Shown here: in pieces, positions 28,378 to 38,156 of the stretch
Layout of the letters: each line of letters opens with the position of its first letter
How positions within the stretch are numbered: the stretch's first letter is position 1
Source of the DNA: an uncultured Woeseia sp.
GTDB lineage: Bacteria; Pseudomonadota; Gammaproteobacteria; Steroidobacterales; Woeseiaceae
DNA length: 64,000 bases
NCBI GenBank assembly: GCA_913031125.1
Contig: CAJWFK010000005.1
Span: 15,671 to 79,670 of the forward strand
Direction of reading: 5' to 3'
Notes under the pieces: model-generated
What the model was told of the DNA's origin: nothing
The model's database searches: none
The model's input: only the letters and a program-made list of their open reading frames with translations
Translations under genes and position numbers: made by a program

Positions 28378-28626
28378 ATTTCCCCTAATACTCTTATACA
28401 CAAACAGCATTGTCCGGCACCTTCCTTTGTTGGCTTCTGACAACAAGAAAGCATGCAGTTCAATGCATATAAATTTTTAGATTACGTAGTAGAGACTTTA
28501 TAGCATTCATTGTCAATAAATACCGGTACTTTTTTGTACAATGATGAACGCTGATGAAGATGCCTAACCTCTCCATTATTGTTGCATAAACACAACAACT
28601 GTTTAGCTAATATTGTCAAAAGCAGG

Positions 28627-29985
28627 CTATTGGCCAAACGAACCAGTCGGACCAGGAAAAACAACCGGAGACTCATATCCATCTTCAGACACGCTCGCGA
28701 CCCCGAAAATGTAATTATCAATCACAATATTCTTCAGTGTATAGCTGTCGACCATCCCAACCTCCCTACTCCACGTCCACTGAGGCTCAGTGGTCAACCT
28801 CCAGTAGACCTTATAACCCAATAATCGCTGCGCAGCCTGCCCTTTAGCAAGAGTCCAACTCAATGTTGTACTCGGACTAACCGCACCACTTATCTCCACA
28901 TTTGCCGGGAACGGTGGCGCGGATGCTAGCCCCGCAAGAGAGACAATGTTAAGGGCCGTTAATTTCCGGGCATAATCAAAATCAACCCCGGCGATAACAT
29001 CTCCGTATTCGATTCCATTCTCAACTCGAATATCCTGATGCTGCCGATTATAGTGCTCATTAGTTTCCATGATACGGACACCAGGAATACCAACCTCATT
29101 GAATGGTCTGTGGTGCCCACCACGACCAAAACGATCCAGTCGGTATATCATCATGACATCAAGGTTGGGCAAAAATTCGTCTGCCATTCGATCAATATAA
29201 CGGGCCAGATTGCGTGACGGGGAATCCACCTCTCCCCCACTAAACCGGCGGATCCGTGCTTCTTCTTTACTCTCCACATAGCGTGTGCCCTCAGAGAATA
29301 CGCGAGCGATAGAATTATTAGTCACGCCATTGATACCAGAGATATTGCCAATCATATCGTTATTCAATACCGCTTTAAGTTTCCAACCATTCTCTAAGGC
29401 ATGTGCTGCAACGATCTGACCTCCGTAAAGACCCTGCTCTTCGCCTGACAACCCAGCGTAAATAATTGTTCCTGGAAAACGGTGCTTGGATAACACCCGG
29501 GCCGCCTCAATCGCACCCGCCATACCGCTCGCATTATCATTAGCGCCCGGATTATCGGAAATTGCATCCATACCATCGCTAACACGTGAGTCAATATCAC
29601 CAGACATCATGACCATGCGATCAGGATCTAAGGTGCCGCGCTGGATCGCGATAACATTAACAATTTCGACCGGCTCGGTTATTCGCCGGCCGGTTACCGT
29701 GTCAGAAATCATCATGACCTCAATACAACCCCCACACTCCCCGGAAATCCTACGAAACTCATTCGCTATCCAGCGACGTGCAGCGCCAATACCACGAGTA
29801 TCAGACTCGGTAAGCGATAAAGTATGACGGGTCCCAAAACCCACGAGTTTGCGTATATCAGCCTCAAGGCGTTTCGCTGATACAGCTGAAACAAGATCGC
29901 CGCGAATCTCTTCTGCAATTGTGGCCGATGACAGCAGCATCAAACAAAGAAATCTCCACATTTGGCCAATTGACTTAAACCACAT
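28627..29985 (-). CDS. Exported M28-family aminopeptidase with C-terminal fibronectin-III domain
   Basis: 452 aa with a signal peptide. M28 Zn-ligand context (GANDNASG, SGEEQGLYG). C-terminal FN3-like LGYKVYWR…GVASVSEDGYES. Confidence 0.8.
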   Translation of the reverse strand: MWFKSIGQMWRFLCLMLLSSATIAEEIRGDLVSAVSAKRLEADIRKLVGFGTRHTLSLTESDTRGIGAARRWIANEFRRISGECGGCIEVMMISDTVTGRRITEPVEIVNVIAIQRGTLDPDRMVMMSGDIDSRVSDGMDAISDNPGANDNASGMAGAIEAARVLSKHRFPGTIIYAGLSGEEQGLYGGQIVAAHALENGWKLKAVLNNDMIGNISGINGVTNNSIARVFSEGTRYVESKEEARIRRFSGGEVDSPSRNLARYIDRMADEFLPNLDVMMIYRLDRFGRGGHHRPFNEVGIPGVRIMETNEHYNRQHQDIRVENGIEYGDVIAGVDFDYARKLTALNIVSLAGLASAPPFPANVEISGAVSPSTTLSWTLAKGQAAQRLLGYKVYWRLTTEPQWTWSREVGMVDSYTLKNIVIDNYIFGVASVSEDGYESPVVFPGPTGSFGQ

Positions 29986-30150
29986 AATTAGTACCCACCT
30001 TATTTATACTCAGCCTTAGCTACCAGAAACTAGCTCCTCAAAACGATATTAAAATCAATATCTGATGAAATTGGGGTCACGCGACTTTTATTAGTTAGAA
30101 TTGTCGCATGCATAATATTCCGCAATCTCGAGCTGCAAGGGTAATTCATT

Positions 30151-31863
30151 TTGAAATTAATCCAAGTTAGAACCTTCCTCACGATATGCATAAGCACCGC
30201 ATTCCTCTTTGCTGCCATAACCACCGAGGCGACCAGCCGGCATCCAGTCAGAGGTATAAACGGTGTTGTCGCATCATCATCCTATATTGCATCAGATGTG
30301 GGCGTGGAGATCATGCGCCAAGGCGGTAACGCCGTTGATGCAGCGATCGCCACAGCATTTGCGATGGCCGTTACCTGGCCAACTGCTGGCAACATCGGTG
30401 GGGGTGGATTCCTCATCTATCATGGTGCCAATGGCGAAGCAACGGCCTTTGATTTTCGGGAAAAGGCTCCCAAGGCCTCAACAAAGACGATGTATCTCGA
30501 TGACGAAGGCAACGTTAAAGCTAATTCCAACCATGATGGCATTCTGGCCGTCGGTGTTCCGGGAACGGTAGCAGGACTCGAACTAGCTCACCAACGGTTA
30601 GGTTCCATGCCATGGGCCGACCTTCTGCAACCCGCAATTGATCTCGCTCGCAACGGTATGCCAATCAGCTGGAATCTCCATGATTCGTTCAAACGACTTA
30701 ACGAGTGGTGGCAACTATATCCAAGTTCAGCAAAAATCTTCCTGCGAGATGACGGATCCTTTTATCAACCCGGCGACACCTGGAAACAAGCAGATCTTGC
30801 AGCCACACTCGGCCGTATTCAGGAACATGGCAAGGACGGCTTCTACAAAGGTGAAACAGCAAACTTGCTTGCAAATTTTATGGCCGCAAATGATGGAATC
30901 ATTACGCTAGATGATCTAGCACAGTACGAAGCTAAGGAGCGCGAACCTATCCGTGGTAATTATCGCGGTTACCAAATCGTAAGCATGCCACCACCAAGTT
31001 CCGGTGGCACCGCATTAGTACAAATGCTTAATATTCTGGAGGGCTTCAACTTACGCGAAATTGGACACAATTCTGCTCTGTATCTCCACCTCCTAACTGA
31101 ATCAATGCGGCGTGCCTACGCTGATCGTGCAAAACACCTTGGGGATCTGGATTTCAATGAACGCATGCCCATTGCTGATCTCATATCGAAAAAACATGCC
31201 GCAAAACAGCGAAGTACAATTGTGATGCATAAAGCATCGGAAAGTGATCCTGCTCGGTTTGCGCAACCTTATGAGAGTGAAGAAACGACTCACTTCTCAG
31301 TGGTGGACAAAAGCGGCAATATGGTGTCATTGACCTACACGTTAGAACATGGATATGGAAGCAAAATAGTCGTCGACGGCGCTGGCTTTCTTCTCAACAA
31401 CGAGATGGGTGACTTTAATGCCCAGCCTGGTGTAACTACCGAATCTGGCACAATTGGTACTAGGCCGAACCAGATACGTCCCGAGCAACGTATGCTCTCG
31501 AGCATGACCCCAACTATCGTCGCAAAAAACAACATCCCACTTTTTGCCACAGGGACACCTGGGGGCAGAACCATAATCAATACAACAATGCAGACGATAC
31601 TTAACATCATTGACTTCGATATGAATATTGCGCGCGCTATCTCAGCACCGCGCATACATCATCAGTGGCTACCCAATAGAACGCGAATGGAGTCCGGTTT
31701 TTTCTCGGCCGATACGATTGCACTCTATGAGCAAAGAGGCCATATAATCGATAACAGCGATAGCATTGGTTCGGCAATGGCCGTTTACCGCAATCCTGAG
31801 ACAGGTGTTCTTTCTGGAGCAGCTGATCCGAGGGCCGCCGACGGACGAGTCGCGGCTTTTTAA
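30151..31863 (+). CDS. ggt: Gamma-glutamyltransferase (periplasmic)
   Basis: 570 aa, signal peptide, TTG start. Autoprocessing/nucleophile site ETTHFSVVD, GGGGF, PGGRTII motifs. Confidence 0.9.
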   Translation: MKLIQVRTFLTICISTAFLFAAITTEATSRHPVRGINGVVASSSYIASDVGVEIMRQGGNAVDAAIATAFAMAVTWPTAGNIGGGGFLIYHGANGEATAFDFREKAPKASTKTMYLDDEGNVKANSNHDGILAVGVPGTVAGLELAHQRLGSMPWADLLQPAIDLARNGMPISWNLHDSFKRLNEWWQLYPSSAKIFLRDDGSFYQPGDTWKQADLAATLGRIQEHGKDGFYKGETANLLANFMAANDGIITLDDLAQYEAKEREPIRGNYRGYQIVSMPPPSSGGTALVQMLNILEGFNLREIGHNSALYLHLLTESMRRAYADRAKHLGDLDFNERMPIADLISKKHAAKQRSTIVMHKASESDPARFAQPYESEETTHFSVVDKSGNMVSLTYTLEHGYGSKIVVDGAGFLLNNEMGDFNAQPGVTTESGTIGTRPNQIRPEQRMLSSMTPTIVAKNNIPLFATGTPGGRTIINTTMQTILNIIDFDMNIARAISAPRIHHQWLPNRTRMESGFFSADTIALYEQRGHIIDNSDSIGSAMAVYRNPETGVLSGAADPRAADGRVAAF

Positions 31864-31926
31864 TAACAGCTAGCACGCATGTGCAACCGGAAACTTAATG
31901 TTCAAGGCCGGGTGCCAGCATTATTC

Positions 31927-32808
31927 TTATTGACTACTGGATTGGAACTCTGGGATTGATTTGAGGTAGGCAGCAATTGCAAGTCGGTCTTTTCTTGTTA
32001 AGTGGCTAGTGTTGTCATCAATAACATCTGCCATTGAACTCCCTGTGAAATCACCATCCGGCGACATGCCTATTTCCAGAAAATATTCAATGTCATTCTC
32101 TGACCAGCGACCTATACCATCTACTGGATGCGGTGTGATATTTGGAACTGTCTCTCCACCAAAATTGCTTCCCCCTAACTCTGCTTCCCGTCGCAGTGCC
32201 CCGATTACATTTCTCGCCGTGTGGCACTCCCCACAATGACCAAGATGCCGCACCAGATATGCGCCCCGGTTCCAGCTCTCACCTTTCGTTGAATCTGGTT
32301 GAAATCGACCCGGTTTAAAATTCAGAGCTTTCCAGCCCCATGCGGCAAGCCCGGAAGGTATAAACCAGGCGAGATCGTGCTTGCCAACTTCTTTATTGAC
32401 TGGGGCCAAACTAAAAAGGTAAGCCTTGATTGCAAGCAGGTCTTGGCGAGCAATTCCTGTATAAGAAGCATATGGAAAAGACGGGAAGTAGTGTGTGCCG
32501 GTTGGACTCACACCGTGCTGTAAGGCCCTTATGAAATCGTCGTCAGACCAAGCGCCAATGCCTGTTTCATTGTCCGGCGTAATATTCGGCGTGTAAAACA
32601 TGCCGAAAGGGGTTTTCATTGCGCGTCCACCGGTCAGACTCATCGCATCATCAGATTGTTCCGTGTGGCAGGTAATGCAGCCTGCAGCATAGGTCAAATA
32701 CGCGCCTCGCTTGATTGTCTCTTGGTCAGCAAAAACAGAGAAGGCTGTCATTAAAAGCACAGCCCCAAGTATTTTCTCGTAATTAATTTTTGACGCGATA
32801 TTGATCAT
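31927..32808 (-). CDS. Dihaem c-type cytochrome (periplasmic)
   Basis: 293 aa with a signal peptide. Two CxxCH sites (CITCH, CGECH). Layout resembles cytochrome subunits of periplasmic dehydrogenases. Confidence 0.8.
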   Translation of the reverse strand: MINIASKINYEKILGAVLLMTAFSVFADQETIKRGAYLTYAAGCITCHTEQSDDAMSLTGGRAMKTPFGMFYTPNITPDNETGIGAWSDDDFIRALQHGVSPTGTHYFPSFPYASYTGIARQDLLAIKAYLFSLAPVNKEVGKHDLAWFIPSGLAAWGWKALNFKPGRFQPDSTKGESWNRGAYLVRHLGHCGECHTARNVIGALRREAELGGSNFGGETVPNITPHPVDGIGRWSENDIEYFLEIGMSPDGDFTGSSMADVIDDNTSHLTRKDRLAIAAYLKSIPEFQSSSQ

Positions 32809-33238
32809 GACAACCGCGGCAACTTCCTCCCAAGTTACGAAATGCTTTGCCTATAGCAGCCCGATCACCACTTTGCGTCGCAGTAACGAAAGCTGTCGCT
32901 GCTTCTTTTGATTTACTAATAGCATCAGCAAATGCCTCTGGCTCCTCCCAGATTAAAGGTAGCGATTCAGACTCACCAACATCCGAACCCTCGGGGAAAA
33001 TACGGCTTAACTCAGTCGCTGCCGCAGCGATTCCCTCTGCATGTGCGGCCAAATAGCCATCATCAGCTACAAGGCCACGCACAATCTTTGACGCAGCACC
33101 GATGTGACCGCGCAAAACGGTCATGACTGAAATACGATAATCCAGTGCATCTTCTCGCGTCGTATCAGCAGATGCAATATTTGATAAAATCGTCGTAACA
33201 GAAAGTGCTGCTATCGCAAAAAAAATTAATCGCTTCAT
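32783..33238 (-). CDS. Cytochrome c' (class II c-type cytochrome)
   Basis: 151 aa, signal peptide, helical. Single CRGCH haem site a few residues from the C-terminus, as in the class II four-helix-bundle cytochromes. Confidence 0.7.
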   Translation of the reverse strand: MKRLIFFAIAALSVTTILSNIASADTTREDALDYRISVMTVLRGHIGAASKIVRGLVADDGYLAAHAEGIAAAATELSRIFPEGSDVGESESLPLIWEEPEAFADAISKSKEAATAFVTATQSGDRAAIGKAFRNLGGSCRGCHDQYRVKN

Positions 33239-33440
33239 TTTTTCTTACCTCCCCCTTTCGGGTCCTTTCTAATTTAGGTTAATAGAAGGATAACAAGGCC
33301 CAATAATATTTCACTGCCATTATATTTTAGTGCCCACAAAATGTTTTCCATCGAATTAATAAATTGCCAACATCAGTACCTAATTTAACTATTTGATTAA
33401 TTCTTTTGTTAGGCTATAGGCAAGCAAAAAATGACGCTCA

Positions 33441-34853
33441 ATGAACGATCCTAATTGGTACTCCATACTTCCGCCGATTCTCGCGATTGTCCTTGCTATC
33501 TGGACAAGGCAGGTCATTCTGTCACTTTTCGCTGGAATTTGGATAGGCTCTACACTGTTAAATGGATTCAGTCCAATCATCGGATTTACATCAGGTATCG
33601 ATGCGGTCATTAATGTATTTTCCGATCCCGGCGATACACGTGTACTAATCTTTACTCTAATCATCGGCTCTTTGATCACCACCATTGAAGCCACCGGCGG
33701 TGTTAAGGGATTTGTAAATTACCTTGAGACCCGCCACTGGGTTCACAATGGCCTCCGTGCCCAAGTGTTAGCTTGGGCCACCGGTTTGGTCATTTTTATT
33801 GAATCAAATATTACATTGCTAGTAGCCGGCTCTGTGAGCCGGCCATTGTTCGACCGATACAAAATTTCACGGGAAAAATTAGCCTACCTTATAGATGCGA
33901 CATCGGCCCCAGTTTGCGCCATGATTCCTTTGAATGCCTGGGGTGCTGTGATTATCGGGCTGTTAGCAACAACCAACATCAAAAACCCCCTGCAAACTTT
34001 CATTGCCTCCATTCCATACAACTTCTATGCGATCGCAGCAATCATTCTCGCCGCAGTGGTGATCTGGAAAAATATAAATATAGGTCCAATGAAAACCGCG
34101 GAAAAGCGGACAAAAGATGGGGATATACTTTGGCCAAATGCGACACCGATGATCGACGTCTCAGAGGTAATCACTACTGGCAGTTCTGCTGAGCAACCAT
34201 CAGCTACACTAATGGTTTTGCCAATTATCATGATGATTGCCACGATGCCGATAGGCCTATACGTCACCGGCAATGGAAACATTATTGAAGGCTCAGGATC
34301 CATCTCAGTTCTTTGGGCTGTCATTTGTGCGCTTATTGTGTCCTGGTGCATGAACCTCAGGAGTGGTAGACAATCCATTGACCAACTGATGGCCTTATTT
34401 ATGAAGGGCGCCAGTAGCTTGTTGCCGATTGCAACAATATTGCTATTTGCTCTCGCGCTTGGCGATATCGCCAGAGAACTTGGTACAGGCATATACGTTG
34501 CTGGACTAGTTGGAGAAGCCATTCCGGAGTCACTAATTACGCCACTGGTTTTCCTTGTATCAGCATTCATTGCCTTCTCTGTAGGATCCAGTTGGGGAAC
34601 CTTCGCTATCATGATACCCATAGCTATCCCAATAGCGATGACACTTGGATTGCCTGCACCCCTAATGCTTGGTGCGGCAATCTCTGGAGCTATTTTCGGC
34701 GATCACGCTTCACCTATCAGTGATACAACAGTGGTTGCCTCAATGGCTTCTGCCACCGATCATATCGATCATGTACGAACACAGTTACCGTACGCTCTAA
34801 TAGCTGCTGCAATAGCAGCTATCGGGTTTTTCACAACGGGCCTCTTTATCTAA
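33441..34853 (+). CDS. NhaC-family Na+/H+ antiporter-like membrane transporter
   Basis: 470 aa and polytopic. ISGAIFGDHASPISDTTVVAS matches the conserved NhaC-type block also seen in the 21915-23393 product. Confidence 0.65.
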   Translation: MNDPNWYSILPPILAIVLAIWTRQVILSLFAGIWIGSTLLNGFSPIIGFTSGIDAVINVFSDPGDTRVLIFTLIIGSLITTIEATGGVKGFVNYLETRHWVHNGLRAQVLAWATGLVIFIESNITLLVAGSVSRPLFDRYKISREKLAYLIDATSAPVCAMIPLNAWGAVIIGLLATTNIKNPLQTFIASIPYNFYAIAAIILAAVVIWKNINIGPMKTAEKRTKDGDILWPNATPMIDVSEVITTGSSAEQPSATLMVLPIIMMIATMPIGLYVTGNGNIIEGSGSISVLWAVICALIVSWCMNLRSGRQSIDQLMALFMKGASSLLPIATILLFALALGDIARELGTGIYVAGLVGEAIPESLITPLVFLVSAFIAFSVGSSWGTFAIMIPIAIPIAMTLGLPAPLMLGAAISGAIFGDHASPISDTTVVASMASATDHIDHVRTQLPYALIAAAIAAIGFFTTGLFI

Positions 34854-34912
34854 AGAGCCTTACGTATCGGTAAGCGCAAGAAGCTTTTGTGCACAGCGGC
34901 CAGAAACCAATT

Positions 34913-35761
34913 TCAAAGATAGCCCGAAAAACAGTAAGTAACCGGACCAGTCAACTTCGCATATCCCTCAGCGGTGATTTCAACAATAACTTTACCTCCC
35001 GGCAAAGTGACCGTCATTTCCCTGCATTCTGTTAGTCCACGTTCCAGTGCGGCATAAGCAGCAACACAAGCACCACTTCCGCAAGCCTGTGTAAGACCAG
35101 CACCACGCTCAAACACTTTCAAATGAAGCTGACTATCTGACACAAGCTGTGCCACACCAACATTCACGCCTTGCGGAAAAATGGGATCATTCTGAATAAG
35201 CGGTCCACTTTTCTCGATATCGACAGCATCAATATCAGGCACGAAAAAAACGATATGTGGGTTACCAATATTAAGGGCAACACCATAACCCAACGATGAC
35301 TCGAAACACCTTACATGACAGGTATCAATTTCCTGACTAAGCGGAATATGGTCCCATTGCATACTGATCCGACCCATTGCGCAGCAGACCTCTCGATCAG
35401 CTACAAGCTCACAATATAGGGAGCCCGCTACCGTCTGGATCACTAGATCCAAACGACCGGCTTCTTCCATAAGCAACCAAGCTACGCAACGTGTCGCATT
35501 GCCACATGCTTCCGCCTCGCTACCATCACTATTGAAAATACGAATAAAGACGTCAGTATCTTTTGATCTCGCAGTCTCGATAATGATCAATTGGTCAGCT
35601 CCAACACCATCCTTCAAATCGCAGGTCCGTATAATCTCGCCTGCGCCCGGTTCCCAGGGGGATGAGCGAACATCAACAATCACAAAGTAATTGAAAAGAC
35701 CATGCATCTTGACAAATTCGCGACCTGACTCTTGTGCAGTCAACGGTGTATTTTTAGCCAT
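34913..35761 (-). CDS. dapF: Diaminopimelate epimerase
   Basis: FVKMHGL…, catalytic Cys contexts ACGNATRC and ACGSGACVAA, IGNPH. Start uncertain: ATG 35761 chosen, ATG 35812 is also open. The usual GNDF box reads FNYF. Confidence 0.8.
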   Translation of the reverse strand: MAKNTPLTAQESGREFVKMHGLFNYFVIVDVRSSPWEPGAGEIIRTCDLKDGVGADQLIIIETARSKDTDVFIRIFNSDGSEAEACGNATRCVAWLLMEEAGRLDLVIQTVAGSLYCELVADREVCCAMGRISMQWDHIPLSQEIDTCHVRCFESSLGYGVALNIGNPHIVFFVPDIDAVDIEKSGPLIQNDPIFPQGVNVGVAQLVSDSQLHLKVFERGAGLTQACGSGACVAAYAALERGLTECREMTVTLPGGKVIVEITAEGYAKLTGPVTYCFSGYL

Positions 35762-35826
35762 AAGCCCAGTACAGACATAATAGATACAGGTATTCTCAAT
35801 TATAGAGTACATTGAGCTTCAAACTG

Positions 35827-36540
35827 ATGGAGACTGAAGTGACAGAGCAATTTTTTAGAGAGAATGCATACCAGAAACAATGCAGCGCCAATGTCATTGC
35901 ATCTAAAGAAAATGTAATTGTGTTAGATAAAACTGTTTTTTACCCATTAGGTGGGGGGCAACCCGGTGACACAGGGAAAATCGAGTGGCCAGGAGGCATC
36001 GCTACCGTTGTCGATACTCGTTACGGTGAGGATGGCATGATCAATCACCTGATCGACGGCCAGGGACAAATTCCGGCTCAGGGGACGACCGTTACGGCCC
36101 ACATCGACTGGGAGCGCCGGTACAAGCATATGCGCATGCACACCGCACTGCACTTACTTGGATCAATACTCCAATATGGGGTCACGGGCGGTAATATATC
36201 GGCAAAAAAAAGCCGGCTCGACTTTGATATGGAAGATACGGTGGATAAGGAAAGTGTAAATAACCAACTATCAAAATTAGTCGCTGCTAATCATCAAGTG
36301 ACCTGCCGTTGGATCTCCGATGAGGAACTTCATAGCCAACCGGAACTGGTAAGAACCATGTCGGTGCAGCCTCCAAAAGGTGCTGGGAACATAAGGCTAC
36401 TGGAGATAGAAGGAGTGGACCTGCAACCATGTGGCGGGACACATGTCCGATCAACTGCTGAAGTAGGCAATGTCCGCGTTGGTAAAGTAGAAAAAAAAGG
36501 AAGACGCAATAGACGTGTCTCCATATTACTGGACCAATAA
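35827..36540 (+). CDS. Alanyl-tRNA editing protein (AlaX-type)
   Basis: Zn/editing motifs HTALHLL and CGGTHV. About 238 aa from ATG 35827 (ORF-track TTG at 35812). Confidence 0.8.
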   Translation: METEVTEQFFRENAYQKQCSANVIASKENVIVLDKTVFYPLGGGQPGDTGKIEWPGGIATVVDTRYGEDGMINHLIDGQGQIPAQGTTVTAHIDWERRYKHMRMHTALHLLGSILQYGVTGGNISAKKSRLDFDMEDTVDKESVNNQLSKLVAANHQVTCRWISDEELHSQPELVRTMSVQPPKGAGNIRLLEIEGVDLQPCGGTHVRSTAEVGNVRVGKVEKKGRRNRRVSILLDQ

Positions 36541-36542
36541 AA

Positions 36543-36932
36543 CTAGCGCGGTCGCCTCGGCTTATACAGCTCGGCCTCTTCGTTTGTTAATTCCTGTACC
36601 TTAAGGTGCCACCTGATAAAAGAAGCATTTATGCGAAAACGATACTTGCCGCTGGTGGTGAACATCCGCACACCATTACCCAAAGCCTTGGCTCGAAGCA
36701 CATTGCCTTGCAGAACGCCCGTTGTACCGTCCACCAGATCCAAATCAAAAGAAACCATTTTGTTGTAATCACTATTGATCCGCCAATCTAATATCCATGG
36801 AGCGGTAACGGAAAATTCAACCGTTGTTTGATTACCAGTTCCTTTGAACTCGGCTATTAGTTCCGGCGCACTACTCGCGAGATTCCAGGTTAACAGTATG
36901 CACAAGATAGAGAACTTGGAGAGACGCAGCAT
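36543..36932 (-). CDS. Small exported hypothetical protein
   Basis: About 130 aa, signal peptide, no motif I recognise. ATG 36932 is preceded by AGAGG and lies 10 nt after the upstream stop. Confidence 0.5.
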   Translation of the reverse strand: MLRLSKFSILCILLTWNLASSAPELIAEFKGTGNQTTVEFSVTAPWILDWRINSDYNKMVSFDLDLVDGTTGVLQGNVLRAKALGNGVRMFTTSGKYRFRINASFIRWHLKVQELTNEEAELYKPRRPR

Positions 36933-36942
36933 GAGCAAACCT

Positions 36943-38058
36943 CTATATTGACTTCAACGTGTTTTCTATTCTAGAAAATGCTTCCTCAAGCACACTTCGC
37001 TCTTGACCGAAAGCGATACGAAAATGATGATCCATACCAAATGAGTCTCCCGCCCCCACGAAAACACGTGCCTCCCGACAAAGTATTTCCATAAGTTCAG
37101 TCGAATTAATATCGAGATGATAATGAACAAAGGTAACAGCCGATGCTTGTGGGGGTGTCCATGAAAACAGCCCCTCTTGTCCAGTCATCCAAGACTCAAG
37201 CACAGGAAAACCATTGCGAATATACTCGCGAGTTCGGTTTATTAAACGCGGACGCACGGCCGGGGACAATGCATGCGCGGCGAGCAAGTTGCTTAACTTG
37301 CTCGCAGTTATCGTCGTGTATTCATGACGACGCCAAATATCGTCGACAGTATTGGCTGGTCCTACTATCCACCCAAGTCGCAATCCAGGGAGCGCATATC
37401 CCTTACTCATACTACCCACCGCTAATACCTTCTCATAACGACCAATGAATGAGGCAGCTTCTTCGTCCTGCACACGCTCAGCACCGCGGTAAACCTCATC
37501 AGCTAAAATCCATGCACCAACCTTATCCGCGGCTCTGACAACGGCATCCATCTCGGCCTCAGTCATAATGTAACCGGTCGGGTTATTGGGGTTCACCACC
37601 GCAATAATCTTAGTCTTGTCGGTAACACCTGCCTCCAAAGCCTCCAGATCTAATGCCCAGTTTTTTTCTGGTTGCAGGCAAAATTCACGAACCGTATATC
37701 CACTATTCTTCGCGAGCCCCCAAACTTGTTTATACGTCGGTATCTGCGTTAATAACTCATCACCAGGCTCCATTAGAGTCTGCATGATGATGTTATTCGC
37801 TTCCGCAGCGCCAACCGTCACAATGACATTTTCAAGAGCCGTGCCATCATAAAGATTTGCGATGTGTTCACGCAGCTCGGGGTTTCCATTGACATGTGGA
37901 TAGCCTATTTCCGTACCAAGCAAATCGTCAATGCCGGCAGTATCACCCAGAAGCTCATCCAATCGTATCGGATGGACCCCACTTTCCGTCAAATTGTAAT
38001 CAACAACTTGCTCCCAGCGAGATTGTGTATGTTCTAAATCGAATGGTATAAAAGTCAT
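36943..38058 (-). CDS. Class-I/II PLP aminotransferase
   Basis: NPNNPTG, SMSKGYALPGLRLGW (PLP-Lys), typical C-terminal R. Start set at ATG 38058 (MTFIPFDLE…, AGGA upstream). Confidence 0.85.
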   Translation of the reverse strand: MTFIPFDLEHTQSRWEQVVDYNLTESGVHPIRLDELLGDTAGIDDLLGTEIGYPHVNGNPELREHIANLYDGTALENVIVTVGAAEANNIIMQTLMEPGDELLTQIPTYKQVWGLAKNSGYTVREFCLQPEKNWALDLEALEAGVTDKTKIIAVVNPNNPTGYIMTEAEMDAVVRAADKVGAWILADEVYRGAERVQDEEAASFIGRYEKVLAVGSMSKGYALPGLRLGWIVGPANTVDDIWRRHEYTTITASKLSNLLAAHALSPAVRPRLINRTREYIRNGFPVLESWMTGQEGLFSWTPPQASAVTFVHYHLDINSTELMEILCREARVFVGAGDSFGMDHHFRIAFGQERSVLEEAFSRIENTLKSI

Positions 38059-38156
38059 GAAGAAAGTCCTAGTCAGCGTATAACCAAATAATACAAAGCT
38101 TTGTGTATAACTCATGGTACATTCGCACCACAAACAAAAACACCAAGTTGAGAATA

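Noticed and set aside
28378-28626. Roughly 250-nt AT-rich leader upstream of the TonB-dependent receptor as a riboswitch or small-RNA locus
   Set aside because: I could find no conserved-looking helices or known motif by eye. It is most simply a promoter/UTR region. The overlapping 79-81-aa ORFs are low-complexity shadows.
34025-34621. 198-aa minus-strand ORF antisense to the NhaC-like transporter gene
   Set aside because: It is a shadow ORF of a hydrophobic-protein gene, with no start context or motif. The plus-strand product has clear family blocks.
34874-34892. Hairpin GCGCAAGA-AGC-TTTTGTGC between the NhaC-like gene and dapF as a terminator
   Set aside because: The stem needs two G-U pairs and is not followed by a T-tract on either strand, so it is too weak to call.
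35761-35827. dapF and alaX ORFs appearing to share the same start coordinate (35812)
   Set aside because: This is an artefact of maximal ORF extension (TTG for alaX, upstream ATG for dapF). Homology-consistent starts at 35761 and 35827 leave a normal divergent spacer.
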